Notes under the pieces: generated by a model
The model's input: only the letters and a program-made list of their open reading frames with translations
Database searches by the model: none
What the model was told of the DNA's origin: nothing
DNA from: the human T2T-CHM13v2.0 reference genome, Homo sapiens
Strand: one strand, 5' to 3'
Assembly: GCF_009914755.1 (NCBI RefSeq)
Contig: NC_060926.1
Length of the DNA stretch: 64,000 bases
In this document: positions 1-13,197 of the stretch, piece by piece
How positions within the stretch are numbered: the stretch's first letter is position 1
How the letters are laid out: each line of letters starts with the position of its first letter
Translations under genes and position numbers: made by a program

Positions 1-130
1 ATTTTTGTATTTTTAGTAGAGATGGGGTTTCCTCATGTTGGCCAGGATGGTCTCGATCTCCTGACCTCGTGATCTGCTCCCCTTGGCCTCCCAAAATGCT
101 GGGATTACAGGCATGAGCCACCGCTGGACC
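1..130 (-). mobile_element. Alu left arm, cut by the window edge (AluS/Y)
   Basis: Reverse-complement Alu consensus from the A-rich linker to the 5' end. Confidence 0.92.
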
Positions 131-149
131 AACCCCCTAAACTTATATT

Positions 150-745
150 GTGTTGTTTCTTTGTAGTCAAACCATCTCCCTACTTGTAATCTTTGCCAAC
201 CGCTGATCTGTTTCCTTATCCTTTGGGTTTGCCTTGTCTGGAATGTCATATAAATGAAATAATCCAGTAAAAGATTTTAAAATCATATCTTTTGAGTCTG
301 GCCTCTTTCATTCAGCATAATACATTTGAGATTAACTCAACATGTTGCATGGATCAGTAGTTTGTCGTTATTCTGAGTAGTATGCCATTGTGTGGATGTA
401 CTACGGTTTTGTTTATCCATTCTCCCTGACTGACATTTGGCTGGTTTCCAGTTTTTGGTAATTATGAATAATGCTGCTGTGAATAATTACGTATAGGTTT
501 TTGTGTGAATATACATTTTCATTTGTCTTGGATATTCAGTAGAATTTCTGGGTTTTATTGTAAGTGTATATTTAGGATTTTAAGAAACTACCAAACTTTT
601 CCAAAGTGGCCATCCCATTTTGCATTCCCACCAGCAATGTTTGCAAGTTCTGGTTGCTGCATATCCTTGTCAGCTCCTGGTATTGTCAGTGGTTTTATTG
701 TTTTAAAATTTTTTTTTTTAGCTATTCCAAATAAGTGTATAGCTA
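150..745 (-). mobile_element. Old L1 (L1M) 3' fragment
   Basis: Typical L1M antisense text (ctctttcattcagcataat, tttgcattcccaccagcaatg). Confidence 0.8.
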
Positions 746-1532
746 GCATAATTTGGAACCAAGTTTGTCCATCAAACTCTTGAGACTTGGAAGAAGATAA
801 AGAATAGGGCTGGATTAAATGCAGAGTCACATAGGAGCTCATAAGGAAGAGATGGAGAGACCATCAGATTTGTGAGAGCTTTGCAATTTCTGTCATATTC
901 ACTGTTGTAATCCCCAGATGACTAACATAGTGCCTGGCACACGGTAATTGGGATATCTTTGTATGTTTATTGAATCATTGAAAATCAACAAATGATTGAA
1001 AGGGAAGGAATAGAAGTAGGATAGAAGTAATTTTAGATTAGATTTGGTCTGAGTAATCCCAGTATATTCATGTGACACACACCTTTCTACCTGCTTAAGT
1101 CTGAGTTTAGAGACATATTTCAGGGCTAATTTCTGGCCCCTTCGCAGGAGAAAGAGAGCATGATATAGCAGAAGAAGCAGTAAGCAGAAAAGATTTGATG
1201 CTACTAATTTGTTGTGTGGATTTAGGAAAGTCTTCTTAACTCTCCTGAGCCTCAGCTTCATCACTGCATAATGAAAATATTTTATTATATGATAGCTAAT
1301 TTATTTTTTTTCTGTTAATCACATCAAATCAGAAATTGGTGAGGAAGAAGCATGCCAGAGCCTTGATAAGGGAAGCATTATATATGGATACAACGTGAAG
1401 TGTAGCTCTGCAGGGAGTTGAGGGGTGAGTGTTAAACAGAGCTAGCTAATCACTAATTGGCAGAAAAAAAAACAGTAGATAGAAAACGGTAGTTACAGGG
1501 TTTCAAACAGAGCAGCAGCGTTGCAGGACTGG

Positions 1533-1581
1533 GGGGCGGGGTGGGTGTATAAAAGGAAGTAGGCATTAACAATACCAAATT
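1533..1581 (+). promoter_or_regulatory. Candidate core-promoter motif cluster (GC box, TATAAAAG, ETS-like GGAAGT, Inr-like CCAAATT)
   Basis: GGGGCGGGG 1533-1541, TATAAAAG 1548-1555, GGAAGT 1555-1560, YYANWYY match 1575-1581. Motif match only. Confidence 0.25.
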
Positions 1582-1914
1582 AAGATGTTCGTAGGTTTTT
1601 TTTTTTTTCTGGGGAGAAGCTAGCTATAGTGTCATCAACGCAAAGAGGAGGACCTGAGCCTCAGAGAAAACAAAGTTGAGGATAGGTGGTAACACAGACC
1701 ACTCTAGGCCCCATGTGTGAGCTCTGGGAATTGTTCAGCATGCTGCTTTCCAGTGGCCTTTTTCTCTACCATTATTACTCCGTTACCCCACTTCTTTAAA
1801 GTTTAGGTCTAGAGTTTAGCAAAAAGCCAGCTCTTAGTTGATATTTATTCAGTTTGTACTTTGAAGGATTTTGTACACGTACTGTCAAGTATCAGTAGAA
1901 ATTTAAAAATAGTC

Positions 1915-2223
<309 letters not shown>

Positions 2224-2756
2224 TCAGTCTTGATTGTGTGTTTTAAGGGATTTGACCTGTTTTGTTGTTTGTCTGTCTGACATTTTTCAAAAGCACCATG
2301 ACGTTTGAAAATGTATTCTGTTTCCTGTTGTGATTCTTTTAAAATATTCAGAGGTCTTGATCTCTCAGATACCTTTTTGCTATATAGATTATAAGGCTGT
2401 TTTTTTTCATCGTTTTAATGTTTCTAAAAATTTTATTCTGAGGCAAAACACAGTTTTTCTCTAACATAGTTTAGGTTGTAAAATCAAATGTTTATTCATT
2501 TTAGACTGTGTGTTTCCAACAAGCATTTATTTTAAAACATCTGTATGATGTTCTGGCTATGAGGACCCCCTACAGTAATCCTTTGGAAATAGCCAGTGAA
2601 GAGTCTAAGTTCTACTTAATCCTTCAACTCATAAAGAGTCAATTAAAGACCAAGTACCCAAGATGTTATTTTCAGATTCTAATATAAAGAATTAATATTT
2701 CTGGATTTTAAAAAATTTCAATGTACTCTGCTAACTTGTCATTGTTTTTAGGTGTA

Positions 2757-3236
2757 TAGTAGTCCCCTCCTTAACCACAGTTTTGCTTTCCATGGTTTGA
2801 GTTACCCACAGTCAACTGTGGTTTGAATGTTATATGGAAAATTCCAGAAATAAACAACTGATGGGTTTTAAATTTGTGTGCCATTCTGAGTAGCAGGATG
2901 AAATCTGATGCCATGCCTCTCTCGTCGCATCCAGGACGTGAATTATCCCTTTGTCCAGTGCATTGATACAATATATGCTATGCTACCTGCCTCTTAGTCC
3001 CTTAATAGCAGTTTCGGTGATCAGATTGACTGTCGAGGTATAGCAGTGCTTGTGTTCAAGGAACCTTTATTTTACTTAATACTTTATTAATAATAGTTAT
3101 TAATCTCTCACCACGCCTAATTTGTAAGTTAAACTTTATCATGGTATGTATGTAATGTATATGTAGGGTTTAGTACTATCTGTGATTCAGGCATCTACTG
3201 GGGGTCTTGGAATGGATCCAAAGTGGGGACCGTTGT
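2757..3236. mobile_element. MER44-type (TcMar-Tigger) DNA transposon relic
   Basis: tagtcccctccttaaccacagttttgctttccatggttt...ggaaaattccagaaataaac...gggggtcttggaa matches MER44. Confidence 0.8.
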
Positions 3237-3437
3237 ACTCAACTTAGGAAACTCATCTGTAGTTTTTAGTCAATTGCTTCTACTTCTGGGTAGGAAAAAA
3301 CTCTGGAATATTTTATGAGTTTGTGTTAGATAACACCTTAGAAAAGAAAATATATGGTTTTATGTTAAAAAAAAAAGGCTTCTTAAACTAGATAACTCTT
3401 TTTGGAGGTCAGATATTTGCTCTGTTGAGAGTATCAG

Positions 3438-3701
3438 TTTCTTTTTTTTTGAAACTGTCTCATTCTGTCGTCCCAGCTGGAGTGCAGTGGTGCGATCTTG
3501 GCTCACTGTAACATCTACCTCAGCCTCCCACGTAGCTGGGATTACAGGCACACTACCGCAGCTGGCTAAGTTTTGTATTTTTAGTAGAGATGGGGTTTCA
3601 CCATGTTGGCCAGGCTGGTCTCGAACTCCTGGCCTCAAGTGATCCACCTGCTTCAGCCTCCTAAAGTGCTGGGATTGCAGCGTGAGTCGCCGCACCCGAC
3701 C
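3438..3701 (-). mobile_element. AluS with small internal deletions
   Basis: Antisense Alu with degenerate TSD gagtatcagtttct / gaatatcaatttct. Confidence 0.9.
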
Positions 3702-3916
3702 AGAGAATATCAATTTCTAATGTACTGGCAACTTGTTAGACCAGTAGAGCATGTAGGAGGGTCACCTCTTTGAAATTCAGACTCTTATATTGTTTCTTAG
3801 AGCCTTTCTGTAGCCCTAAAATTAGTGATCATTCTATGCTCCATCATCCTGAAATTGAATTCGAGCCGTTAAATGTATAGTAACAAAATATATCCTTTTT
3901 TATATCTTTCAGAATC

Positions 3917-4081
3917 ATGGTGTCATGGAAAGGGATTTACTTTATACTGACTCTGTTTTGGGGAAGCTTTTTTGGAAGCATTTTCATGCTGAGTCCCTTT
4001 TTACCTTTGATGTTTGTAAACCCATCTTGGTATCGCTGGATCAACAACCGCCTTGTGGCAACATGGCTCACCCTACCTGTG
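3917..4081 (+). CDS. LCLAT1: LCLAT1 coding exon A (exon 3913-4081; MVSWKG...TLPV, 55 codons; AUG of the shorter isoform)
   Basis: Acceptor ctttcAG at 3911-3912, strong Kozak aATCATGG, donor GTG|gtaagt at 4082 (phase 0). The hydrophobic N-terminal peptide is recognised as LCLAT1. Confidence 0.97.
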
Positions 4082-4114
4082 GTAAGTTACACACCAGAGG
4101 AGACTGTCTGCTTG

Positions 4115-4431
4115 TACTAGAGTGCTCCCCACCCCTGATAGATACCTAAATCCATGGATGTTCAAGTCCCTACAGTATTTGCACATATCCTAGGCACATC
4201 CTTCTGTATGCTTTAAATAATCTCTAGATTGCTTATAATACCGACTACAACGTAAATGCTATGTAAATAGTTGTTATTGTTAGGGAATTGTATTGCTTAG
4301 GGAATGACAGGGAAAAAAAATCTGTGCATCCTCAGTACAGGCTTAGCCATCCTTTTTTCCCATGAATATATTTGATCCATGATTGGTTGAATTCACAAAT
4401 GCTGAACGCAGGGATGTGGAGGGCTGCATGT
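4115..4431. mobile_element. MER2 (TcMar-Tigger) relic just downstream of exon A
   Basis: aaatccatggatgttcaagtccc...tttaaataatctctagatt...aaatgctatgtaaatagttgtta...ggttgaattcac. Confidence 0.8.
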
Positions 4432-4489
4432 ATTTTGCTGTGTTCCATTGGGCTTCTTAGATAGATAGGTTGGTTGGTTTTTATATTTT

Positions 4490-4860
4490 TTTAACTGGGA
4501 AATTTTAGACTGTTATTTTTTTCACATTTTTTTCTGCCTTATTCTCTCTCTCCTCATTTTGGGACTACAATTATATGTATGTTAGATTGATTGTCTTGTC
4601 ACGTATGTCACAAAGGCTCTCTTCCTTTTTTCTTCCCCTGTATTTTTTCCCTGTATTTTTCATATTGAATGATTTCTGTTTATCTGTTTTCAAGCTCAAT
4701 GACCCTTTCTTCTATCATCTTTAATCTGCTGTTTTGTTCATCTAGTGAATTTTTATTTAAAATACTGTAAGTTCTGGAATTTATTTTGGGTTCTTTATTG
4801 GTTCTGTTACTTTCTTGAGATTTCTCATCTATTTATTAATTATAGCCATATTTTCCTTTA
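4490..4860 (-). mobile_element. Old L1 ORF1-region fragment
   Basis: T-rich antisense L1M-like text (gggactacaattatatgtatgttaga, tttaatctgctg). Confidence 0.6.
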
Positions 4861-5929
4861 AGTCAGCTGGATGATGTCTAGTACCTTTTACTCTGTCAGG
4901 GCCAGTCTTTTAGGCAAAATTTCTTCTTGCTTTTTTAATATAAGTATGCTTTGTTTTGTGATTGGATTGCAAGAGTAGTTGGCAGGATCTCTTAATGTTC
5001 ATCCAGCAATTTTTTATTGTCTACCACGTACCTAGCATTTTGCTAGGATGCAGTGATGAACAGGACAGATATGATCTCTGTCCTTGAGGAGATAATAGTC
5101 CTCTACCTAAAATATCTTATCCTAATTGTAGATTTACAGAGCTTGACTAATTTCTTTTCTGGCTTTCATGTGACTAAAAGTCTTTTTCTTTTTTTAGAGG
5201 ACAGAAGTTGACTTCTAAGACTATTAATTTTTAGAGTTACATTTTTAAATTAGCTTTAAAGATATGAAGCCCAGTGTTTCATTGCAACCCTAAACATACC
5301 ATTTGCCATAAAATACTCATTTTTTGTTGCTGCTTAACCACTATCACTCTCTATTTACAAGGTGGGTATTTCTCTATATACATATATTAAGTAAAATAAG
5401 AATACTGTTCAGTTTATGTAATATTAATCATCACAAGTAGATACTTCTAAAACGTCATCTACAAACTGTATGTTAAGTAATTTTGCTGTCATCATAAAAT
5501 CAGAGACATTTCCTATTGAAACATTTGACTGTTTTCATGTCATTTATGTAACTATTTTTAGTGTTTGTTTCATCATCTGTAAAATAAAGAAATTGGAGTA
5601 AATGATCTTTGAGATCTATTCTGGATTCAGAATTGTATATCTGATTGTAAAGCAAACATTCAGAGGTAAAAGATTTTTTGTAACAGTCATGTATTGTTAC
5701 TGTACTCCATTTTCTAAATGTCATCAGTTTTCTATAGTATATAATCCTTTAATTATGAACCACACATTTTTGTTGAATCTTTCTGCCAAAACCTTGAGAG
5801 TTCTGAGAATTGGTAAAAATTACTACAGTTGTAATGCTTTACAGTGTCCAGTCACTCTAATTTTTGGAGAGCGAGCATAAGCAGAGTGCTTATTTTCACA
5901 GACATTGCAGACAGATATTTGGTTTCACT

Positions 5930-6140
5930 ATTGGCCTTCCCACTTTCTAGTCATTTGAACTTGGCTAAGCTCCTTAGCCTCATTGTAAGCTTTTGTTTCT
6001 TCATCTCTATAAAAAGGAGTCTTAATACTACCTACTTACATCAGAGAGTCATTGTAATGACTAAATGAGGTAATAAATATATAGCCTTTTTAGTATAATG
6101 CTTGCCATTTGGTAAGTACCCGGTAAATATTTGGTATTAT
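5930..6140 (+). mobile_element. MIR
   Basis: MIR core (ttcatctctataaaaagg...taatactacctactt...ttgtaatgactaaatgaggtaat). Confidence 0.7.
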
Positions 6141-6184
6141 ATTAATTTTAGTTTTAGTTTTAGTTTTGCTTTTATATTAATTTT

Positions 6185-6635
6185 AGGCTAAACTGGTGTT
6201 TTGGAGAAAATTCAAAATATAGTGGCTCCAATACAGTAGAACTATATTGACTTACAGGTCCAGGCTGGCAAGGTCCCTACGGTCCCTGATGTCATCAAAG
6301 GGTTCAGATGTCTTCTATCCTGTTAATCCACCTAGCTTGGCCTCCAGCCTGGTATAATGTCCTCTTGTATTTGGTCAAGACTGGGTCACTGCCACTTCTT
6401 TGCCCCACTCTGGAGGAAGTCCAGAGCAAATGCTTTCTTTCTATACCAGTGACTCACGTGTGTAGTACATAGCAAGTTGCACATATCACTTTTGCTTACT
6501 CTATTGGTAAGAGCAGCTAAAAGCTGTAATAGAATCTGGGAAATGTCTTTTTTTTCTGGGCAGCCATGTGCACAGTTAAAATTCTTAATCTGGAAGAAAT
6601 GCTGGTATTTATAGGACAAGTTACCAAACAAATTC
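6185..6635 (-). mobile_element. MLT1J/K-like MaLR LTR relic
   Basis: aagttgcacatatcacttttgctt, ctgggaaatgt...ctgggcagccatgtgcacag. Confidence 0.65.
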
Positions 6636-8871
6636 TGCAATAGCTATTTCTGCTATTATTACTGCTAGTAGCATTACTATTACTGCAGAATTACATTATA
6701 CACCTACAGTATTTGTACAGTTTCAATTACATGCACTAAGGTAAGGGAAGAGTGGGCAGAGAAGAGAATGAATTTTTTTCTGCTTCATGTGAGATGAAAT
6801 AGGAAATATGAGTGGTTCTCTGCTGAGTGTGATTCTTGTGTTTAAAGATAGATATTTTTAAACAATATACAAACCAATCACTTTGTCTGATGGTCAGGTA
6901 GGGTAATATCAATATAGTACAATTTTGGGAGAAGATTGGCTGAGCTGGACTTACTGATAGTGTGATCTTTTGAGATGCACCATCCTATGAGATTTTCAAA
7001 GATAATTTCACCTATTCCTAACTTTTGTCTTATTAGCTGTTTGGACAGTTTAACACATGGGTAAGATTTAACTACCACAGTACTAGTAAAAAATTAGTAT
7101 ACATTTGGAAAACTGCTGTCACTCAGCTGTTTAGTTTACTAGTTACAGCATATCAGACAGAGAAAGTTTTTTTAGTTAAGAAATGTATAGATGTTGAATT
7201 CCTTATAGCTAGGTTACAGAAAAATTGATATTCTAGTTTTGAGATAGTGAACATCTCTGTTGAAGGAAACAGAGAAGAACCATCAAGGGTGTCTTTTATC
7301 ACCTTTTATCTCATACTCGTACAAGGAGCTAAAGGAGTTTTTAAGCAATAATAAAATATATTCTTTTTAAATTCAGAGTGAATTTAATCTAAAAGCTTTT
7401 CTTCTATCCCTTATTGATGTACTTTATTTTAAGCAATCCCAAACAGTTAAAAATAATTTTCCACTAAAAATAAATTAGGATAAATGCACTTAAACTAATT
7501 ATTGCTTCACAAAAATAGTCACAAAATGATCTTCTCTTTCATTAAGTTTCTCTTGTGGATTAAAATGATTTTGTTGGCAAGATTTTTCTTGTCTTACTAT
7601 TTTTAAGGAGCACATTTCTGTGCTAAAAGAGGCATAGCAGTGAAATGTTTTAGAATCTTAGATGAGACTTAGAGGTCACTTTGTCTAACCTAACTCTGTG
7701 GGCAAGAATCCGTTCTAGAACTATCTGCAGGGTGACCATTCAGTCTTTCTTTGAATGTTTCTATAATTCGGAGTGCATGCCTTTGTTCCTTTTATTTTTG
7801 GACCATTCTGTTCAACATAATGAATATTGTAAGGGTCAAACTCAGCATGTGCTCAGAGCAGTTTTTGCTTCTCAAAATTCTAACTAACCGACAGTCTGAT
7901 TACTACCTGGGATTATGAAAATTACTGGAGTTCTGTCCTTTCACCATAAATCATGCCTTAGGAATTTAGAGGTCATTTTCTAACTGTCTACCCAGGGCAC
8001 AAGTTTCTTCCACAGCCTTCTGATACCATTCCAGTCCTAGCACAAAACAGGTGTTGAATAAACATAGATTGCTGAATGTGATTTTTGTCTACACTGTTGC
8101 TCTTAACAAAGTGGGTGCTCAGTGTTTTGAAGAATGAGTTGGGATTGCAAAGCCTCAAGTAGCTAGGGATTTGGAGAACCAGACCTAATCTGAGCCTGAA
8201 AAGCAAAAGCAGACATGGAGATGAGTTGTTATTACCTCAGACTAAGTAAAGATCCATCAGAATGATAAATGAGAGTGAGAGCAGCGGGCATGATGGTAAA
8301 ACTTTCTCTGTGATCTTGAGAGGAACCACTCTCATCTTTGTGTTTTTATACACAATGGAACACTTGGACATAGTAAGTAGTGGTATATAAAAGATCCTTG
8401 GAAAATGCTTCCATATTTCTGTTAAATAATACACAGAGAAATCTTTGACCAATTAGGTAAAAATTATCAGAATTGTTACTCTTCAATATAAGAAACAATG
8501 CATTATAAAATTTTGTTAGATTTATTACTGTTGACACTATTATCTCCTATACTAGCAATAAAATAAACATGAGAAATGTGAGAATAGTGTCTTTTTTCCC
8601 AGTCTTTTAGTCTGGATTAATTGAATTCTGGAGTTCTGTATAGATATTACAGCTTTATTTCTGTGTAGTATATTTGTTTTTCTGCCTTTGCAGGAGCTGT
8701 AAATAAGGTTGACTGGATATGTCTCATCTGGTATTACAACCAATTAATGTGGACTTGAGATCTTGGCTGCCCAAAGGTTATTTATAACTTTCAGGCATAT
8801 TCTGGTAGAATGCTGGATGTCAAGGGAGAGGATGTCATGTTATATGAGATGTTCCTGGACACATGGTCTTG

Positions 8872-9169
8872 ATTGTTGTTGTTGTTGCTTTTTTGGAGAC
8901 TACATTCTCTTGCCCAGCTGGAGTGTAGTGGTGCAGTCAGATCTCACTGTAACCTGAAATTCCTGGACTCGAGTAATCCTTCTGCCTCAGCCTCCTGCGT
9001 AGCTAAGGCTCTGGGCATGTTCCACAATGCCTGGCCTTTAAAAATTTTTTGTAGAGCTGGAGTCTTGCTATGTTGCCTAGGCTAGTTTCAAACTCCTGGC
9101 TTCAAGCGATCTTCCTGCCTTAGCCTCCCAAAGTGCTGGGATTACATATGTGAGCCACCACACCCATCC
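8872..9169 (-). mobile_element. AluJ with (TTG)n tail
   Basis: Diverged antisense Alu with J-type positions. Confidence 0.88.
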
Positions 9170-9309
9170 CAGTCTTGGATTTTTTATGTTATTTTTCATA
9201 ATGAAAAGCAAAGGATTGTTTGGGATCTATAGGTATCATATATTAGAGATTGCATATATAGGTTTAGATTTGAGGTTTGGAATTTATAGGCTTAAGATTT
9301 TTAACTCTT

Positions 9310-9661
<352 letters not shown>

Positions 9662-10139
9662 TTACCAGGAGGTCTTCCATGTAGGTATTTCACTTTCAAG
9701 GGACTTTTTGGAGTAGGGGTTATAATTAGTTGAGCGGTTATGGACCCTTTTGAAAATTTGATGAAAACTGCAAGCATTTTACCTAGCAAAGTATGTGTAC
9801 ACATTGACATATCTTTATATACAGCTTAAGAGAAATACATTTTTATTGACCTCTTGGAGGCCATCGTTCTAGGACATAATAGATAACTGGATTAAATACC
9901 CATGCTGAAAGTGAACCTCAGCTGTGGGAAAGTAACTTAATGGACCTATGGGATATCTGTAGCTACTTAGCCCAAATGATTTTGTATCAGGATGTTAACA
10001 CTTTGACTCTGTAACAATTTGGACATATAACTTTTCTAACTTCTTTTTACTTTCTAGTATATTTCTTTAGCTAATATTATTTTGAACCTATGTTTTATTG
10101 ATCCTGTTATGTTTTTCAAAGTCTTACTGTTTCATATTG

Positions 10140-10590
10140 CATTTTTAAAAAAATGCCTTTTTGTTGTGAAGTATAGCAAACATACCGAAAAGTTATTAAA
10201 ACACAAATGTACAATTTAATGAAAAATTTTGCGTGTAACTGTCAACCAGGTCAAGAAATACAGCATTGTCAGTTCTCCAGCAAGCTACCTAGACTTCCAA
10301 TGAAAACATCCTCCTTTTGGTAGAAGTATTCATTAATCTGACTTTTAAGATAGTTATTTTCTTCTTGTTCTTTATAATTTTAGCATCTATATAATCATCT
10401 TTAAAATATCTTAATCTTTTAGAAAGTCTTATATATTGACATTTATTGTATATATTTTTGTTTGTTTTGCTGTCTTTCAAAATTATGCTTCTGTGTATCT
10501 TTCATGTTGCTGTAGGTACTTGTAGTTCATCTACTTTCATTGTTGTATCATTTTTCCATTATATGAGTATACCACAGTTTGTCTATTGGC
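10140..10590 (-). mobile_element. L1ME-like 3' fragment
   Basis: gtaactgtcaaccaggtcaagaaatacagcattg...tttcattgttgtatcattttccatt. Confidence 0.65.
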
Positions 10591-11438
10591 TATACCTTGT
10601 TCAAGATTATCATGATATTCGCCAAGAGAACTTTTGATTCTGTATCGTATATTTGCCTTTAGATCAATTTCTCTCTTTATTAATAAGTCAAATATTAACT
10701 AGTAAATTTGTTACATGTAAATTGAGAATTCGAAGAGTTTGAAATCAATAATCAGCTTTTATTGTAATCTGTTATTTTACTTTCAAGAACTCATAAGTCT
10801 ATAATATATTGTTTTTCTAAATACTTCATATGTATTATATACCTGGCCCATCAGAAAAGCAAATTAAGGAAATTCAGCAATTATTTGAACATTACTATTT
10901 TCTAGGTACTAAGGCTTGTAGTATTTTAGTAGATGTATAGTTAATTTATTCTTTACATAGTGTCAAAATAAATAAGATCTATGTTTTTGTTTTTAAAACA
11001 TCATAGTACAGGATGCTATAAAGTGAACAGTTTACCTTTCCGGGATTTTTTTTTTTCCCCTGTACCCAGTGCTAATTCTTTGACTGTTCTTTCTAGAAAA
11101 AAAGGTAATAATGTTACATATCTATATCCTTAAAATATTACACAGTAGAATATTGATATTCACCTTTTATACTTTTTGCTTAATAAGATATCTTGATTTC
11201 AAGGACAATCAGCATTTTTTAATTAGGACATCACAGAAGCTTAAAATAGAAATAGTGCTTGATATTCTCATTCTTCTAGATAACCTCACCACTCAATTTT
11301 TTATTATAGAAGCAAGGATCATGGGAAATACTAACTTTTACATGTTAGAAATCATAAGATTTATTTATAGGGCATGATAAAATTTACCTATGGAAAATCA
11401 TAACTTTAATTTGCTGTATATCTGTATTGTTTTCTTAG

Positions 11439-11637
11439 GCATTATTGGAGACCATGTTTGGTGTAAAAGTGATTATAACTGGGGATGCATTTGTTCCTGG
11501 AGAAAGAAGTGTCATTATCATGAACCATCGGACAAGAATGGACTGGATGTTCCTGTGGAATTGCCTGATGCGATATAGCTACCTCAGATTGGAGAAAATT
11601 TGCCTCAAAGCGAGTCTCAAAGGTGTTCCTGGATTTG
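11439..11637 (+). CDS. LCLAT1: LCLAT1 coding exon B (199 nt; ALLETMFG...NHRTRMD...VPGF), acyltransferase motif I
   Basis: Acceptor tttcttAG at 11437-11438, donor TTG|gtaggt at 11638 (phase 1). In frame with exon A and contains the catalytic NHX4D motif. Confidence 0.97.
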
Positions 11638-12537
11638 GTAGGTTATTCACACATTATTTTAAGTGGTTCATTCATTTTAGATGTAATGCACCCACTGTAA
11701 AACTGACTTAAGCATTAAAGCGATTCCATTTTTTTCCTCACTGGGCCAAAAACAATCTCTGGTTCTTTTGTCTTTAGTGGATCTGCTATGGCAGATGACT
11801 TTATTTTAATCTGTTTTTAAAAAATATTACTCTGAAAGAGAAAATAAACTGTTCTCAAGGAAATGGATATATAGTATCTGAGGACCACAGCATTGAAGGA
11901 TATGAATTAATAGTTTAGTAACTTTTTATTGCAGGTAGTACTTGTGATTTCGGCCAGAAACTGGTCTGTGCTGATAAAGTACTTGACATTGACTGATTCA
12001 TTCATATTCATGTAGTAAGTATTAATTGAATATGTAGGTTCGAAGCATTCATTATGCTAGGTGCTGGTACTTTCTGAACTTCCCCAATCTATAACTTTTT
12101 TTAAAAAATGTTTTTATCGCGCTTGTATAATATAATATTAAAGTTCCTGGAAATGTTTATTTTAAATGGCTAGGAATACAACATGTTCATTGTGTGTTGG
12201 AGAAGTAGGGATATTTCAACATTGCATGTTAAAAATAAATGGCCTCCTTTCTCAACTTGCTACTTAATGTGAAAAAGGGAGGGGAAAGATTATAAATATA
12301 TTCAAACCAGTTATTCACATGGGTATATGAAGTACCCACTATATCCTCCTGACAGCCTTGTTAATTACATTTATACTTCTGTGGTTTACCTAGGTAACAT
12401 TTCTCACTTAAACTATGTACCCTCTTAAACCATTCCTCTATTAGTATACTGACGTGGTTTATGATTTGTGAGGGCAAAGGGCAGGCCCTCACAGGATAGA
12501 CTAGTAAGGATAGACTAGCAAGGGTGTTTGTAGTTGA

Positions 12538-12542
<5 letters not shown>

Positions 12543-12594
<52 letters not shown>
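12543..12594 (+). repeat. (TG)26 microsatellite
   Basis: Perfect dinucleotide run, counted directly. Confidence 0.99.
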
Positions 12595-12598
<4 letters not shown>

Positions 12599-12895
12599 GG
12601 AGACGGAGTCTCTCTCTGTCGCTCAGGCTGGAGTGCAGTGGTGCAATCTGGGCTCACTGCAAGCTCCGGCTCACTGCAAGCTCCACCTCGCAGGTTCACG
12701 CTGTTCTCCTGGCTTAGCCTCCCAAGTAGCTGGGACCACAGGCGCCAGCCACCACGCCTGGCTAATTTTTTGGTATTTTTAGTAGAGACGGGGTTTCACC
12801 GTGTTAGCCAGGATGGTCTTGATCTCCTGACCTCGTAAGCCGCCTGCGTTGGCCTCCCAAAGTGCTGGAACAGGCGTGAGCCACTGCGCCCGGCC
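12595..12895 (-). mobile_element. AluY with internal 17-bp tandem duplication
   Basis: Y-type gcaagctcc and gtgttagccaggatgg; ggctcactgcaagctcc occurs twice at 12651-12684. Confidence 0.93.
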
Positions 12896-12959
12896 AACTG
12901 TTTGTGTTTTAATTGCCTTTGTACTTATATCTTTATCTTTCTCTTTGCCACTTTTCCAA

Positions 12960-13197
12960 TATAGTGATCTCAGATTTCTTACATGGCAGCTGGCTTTCCT
13001 TAGAGAACACTTTCACTTGAGAACCAGCAAGAAGCTGCAAGGTATTTTATGACCTAGCCTTAGAATTCAAACAGTATCACTCCTATCATATGTTATTGGT
13101 GGAAGCAGTTACCATCCTCAAAGATTCTAGAGGAGGGAGCATAGCCCCACAGATTGAAGATGTGTCTAAGATCTCAGTATTTAAAAAACTGCCACAT
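12960..13197 (-). mobile_element. MLT1 (H/I-like) LTR fragment
   Basis: ttcttacatggcagctggctt...agaagctgcaagg...tatgacctagccttagaa...ctgccaca. Confidence 0.65.

Noticed and set aside
6450-6460. Overlapping AP-1 (TGACTCA) and E-box (CACGTG) motifs
   Set aside because: Short motifs inside an MLT1 relic with no independent support.
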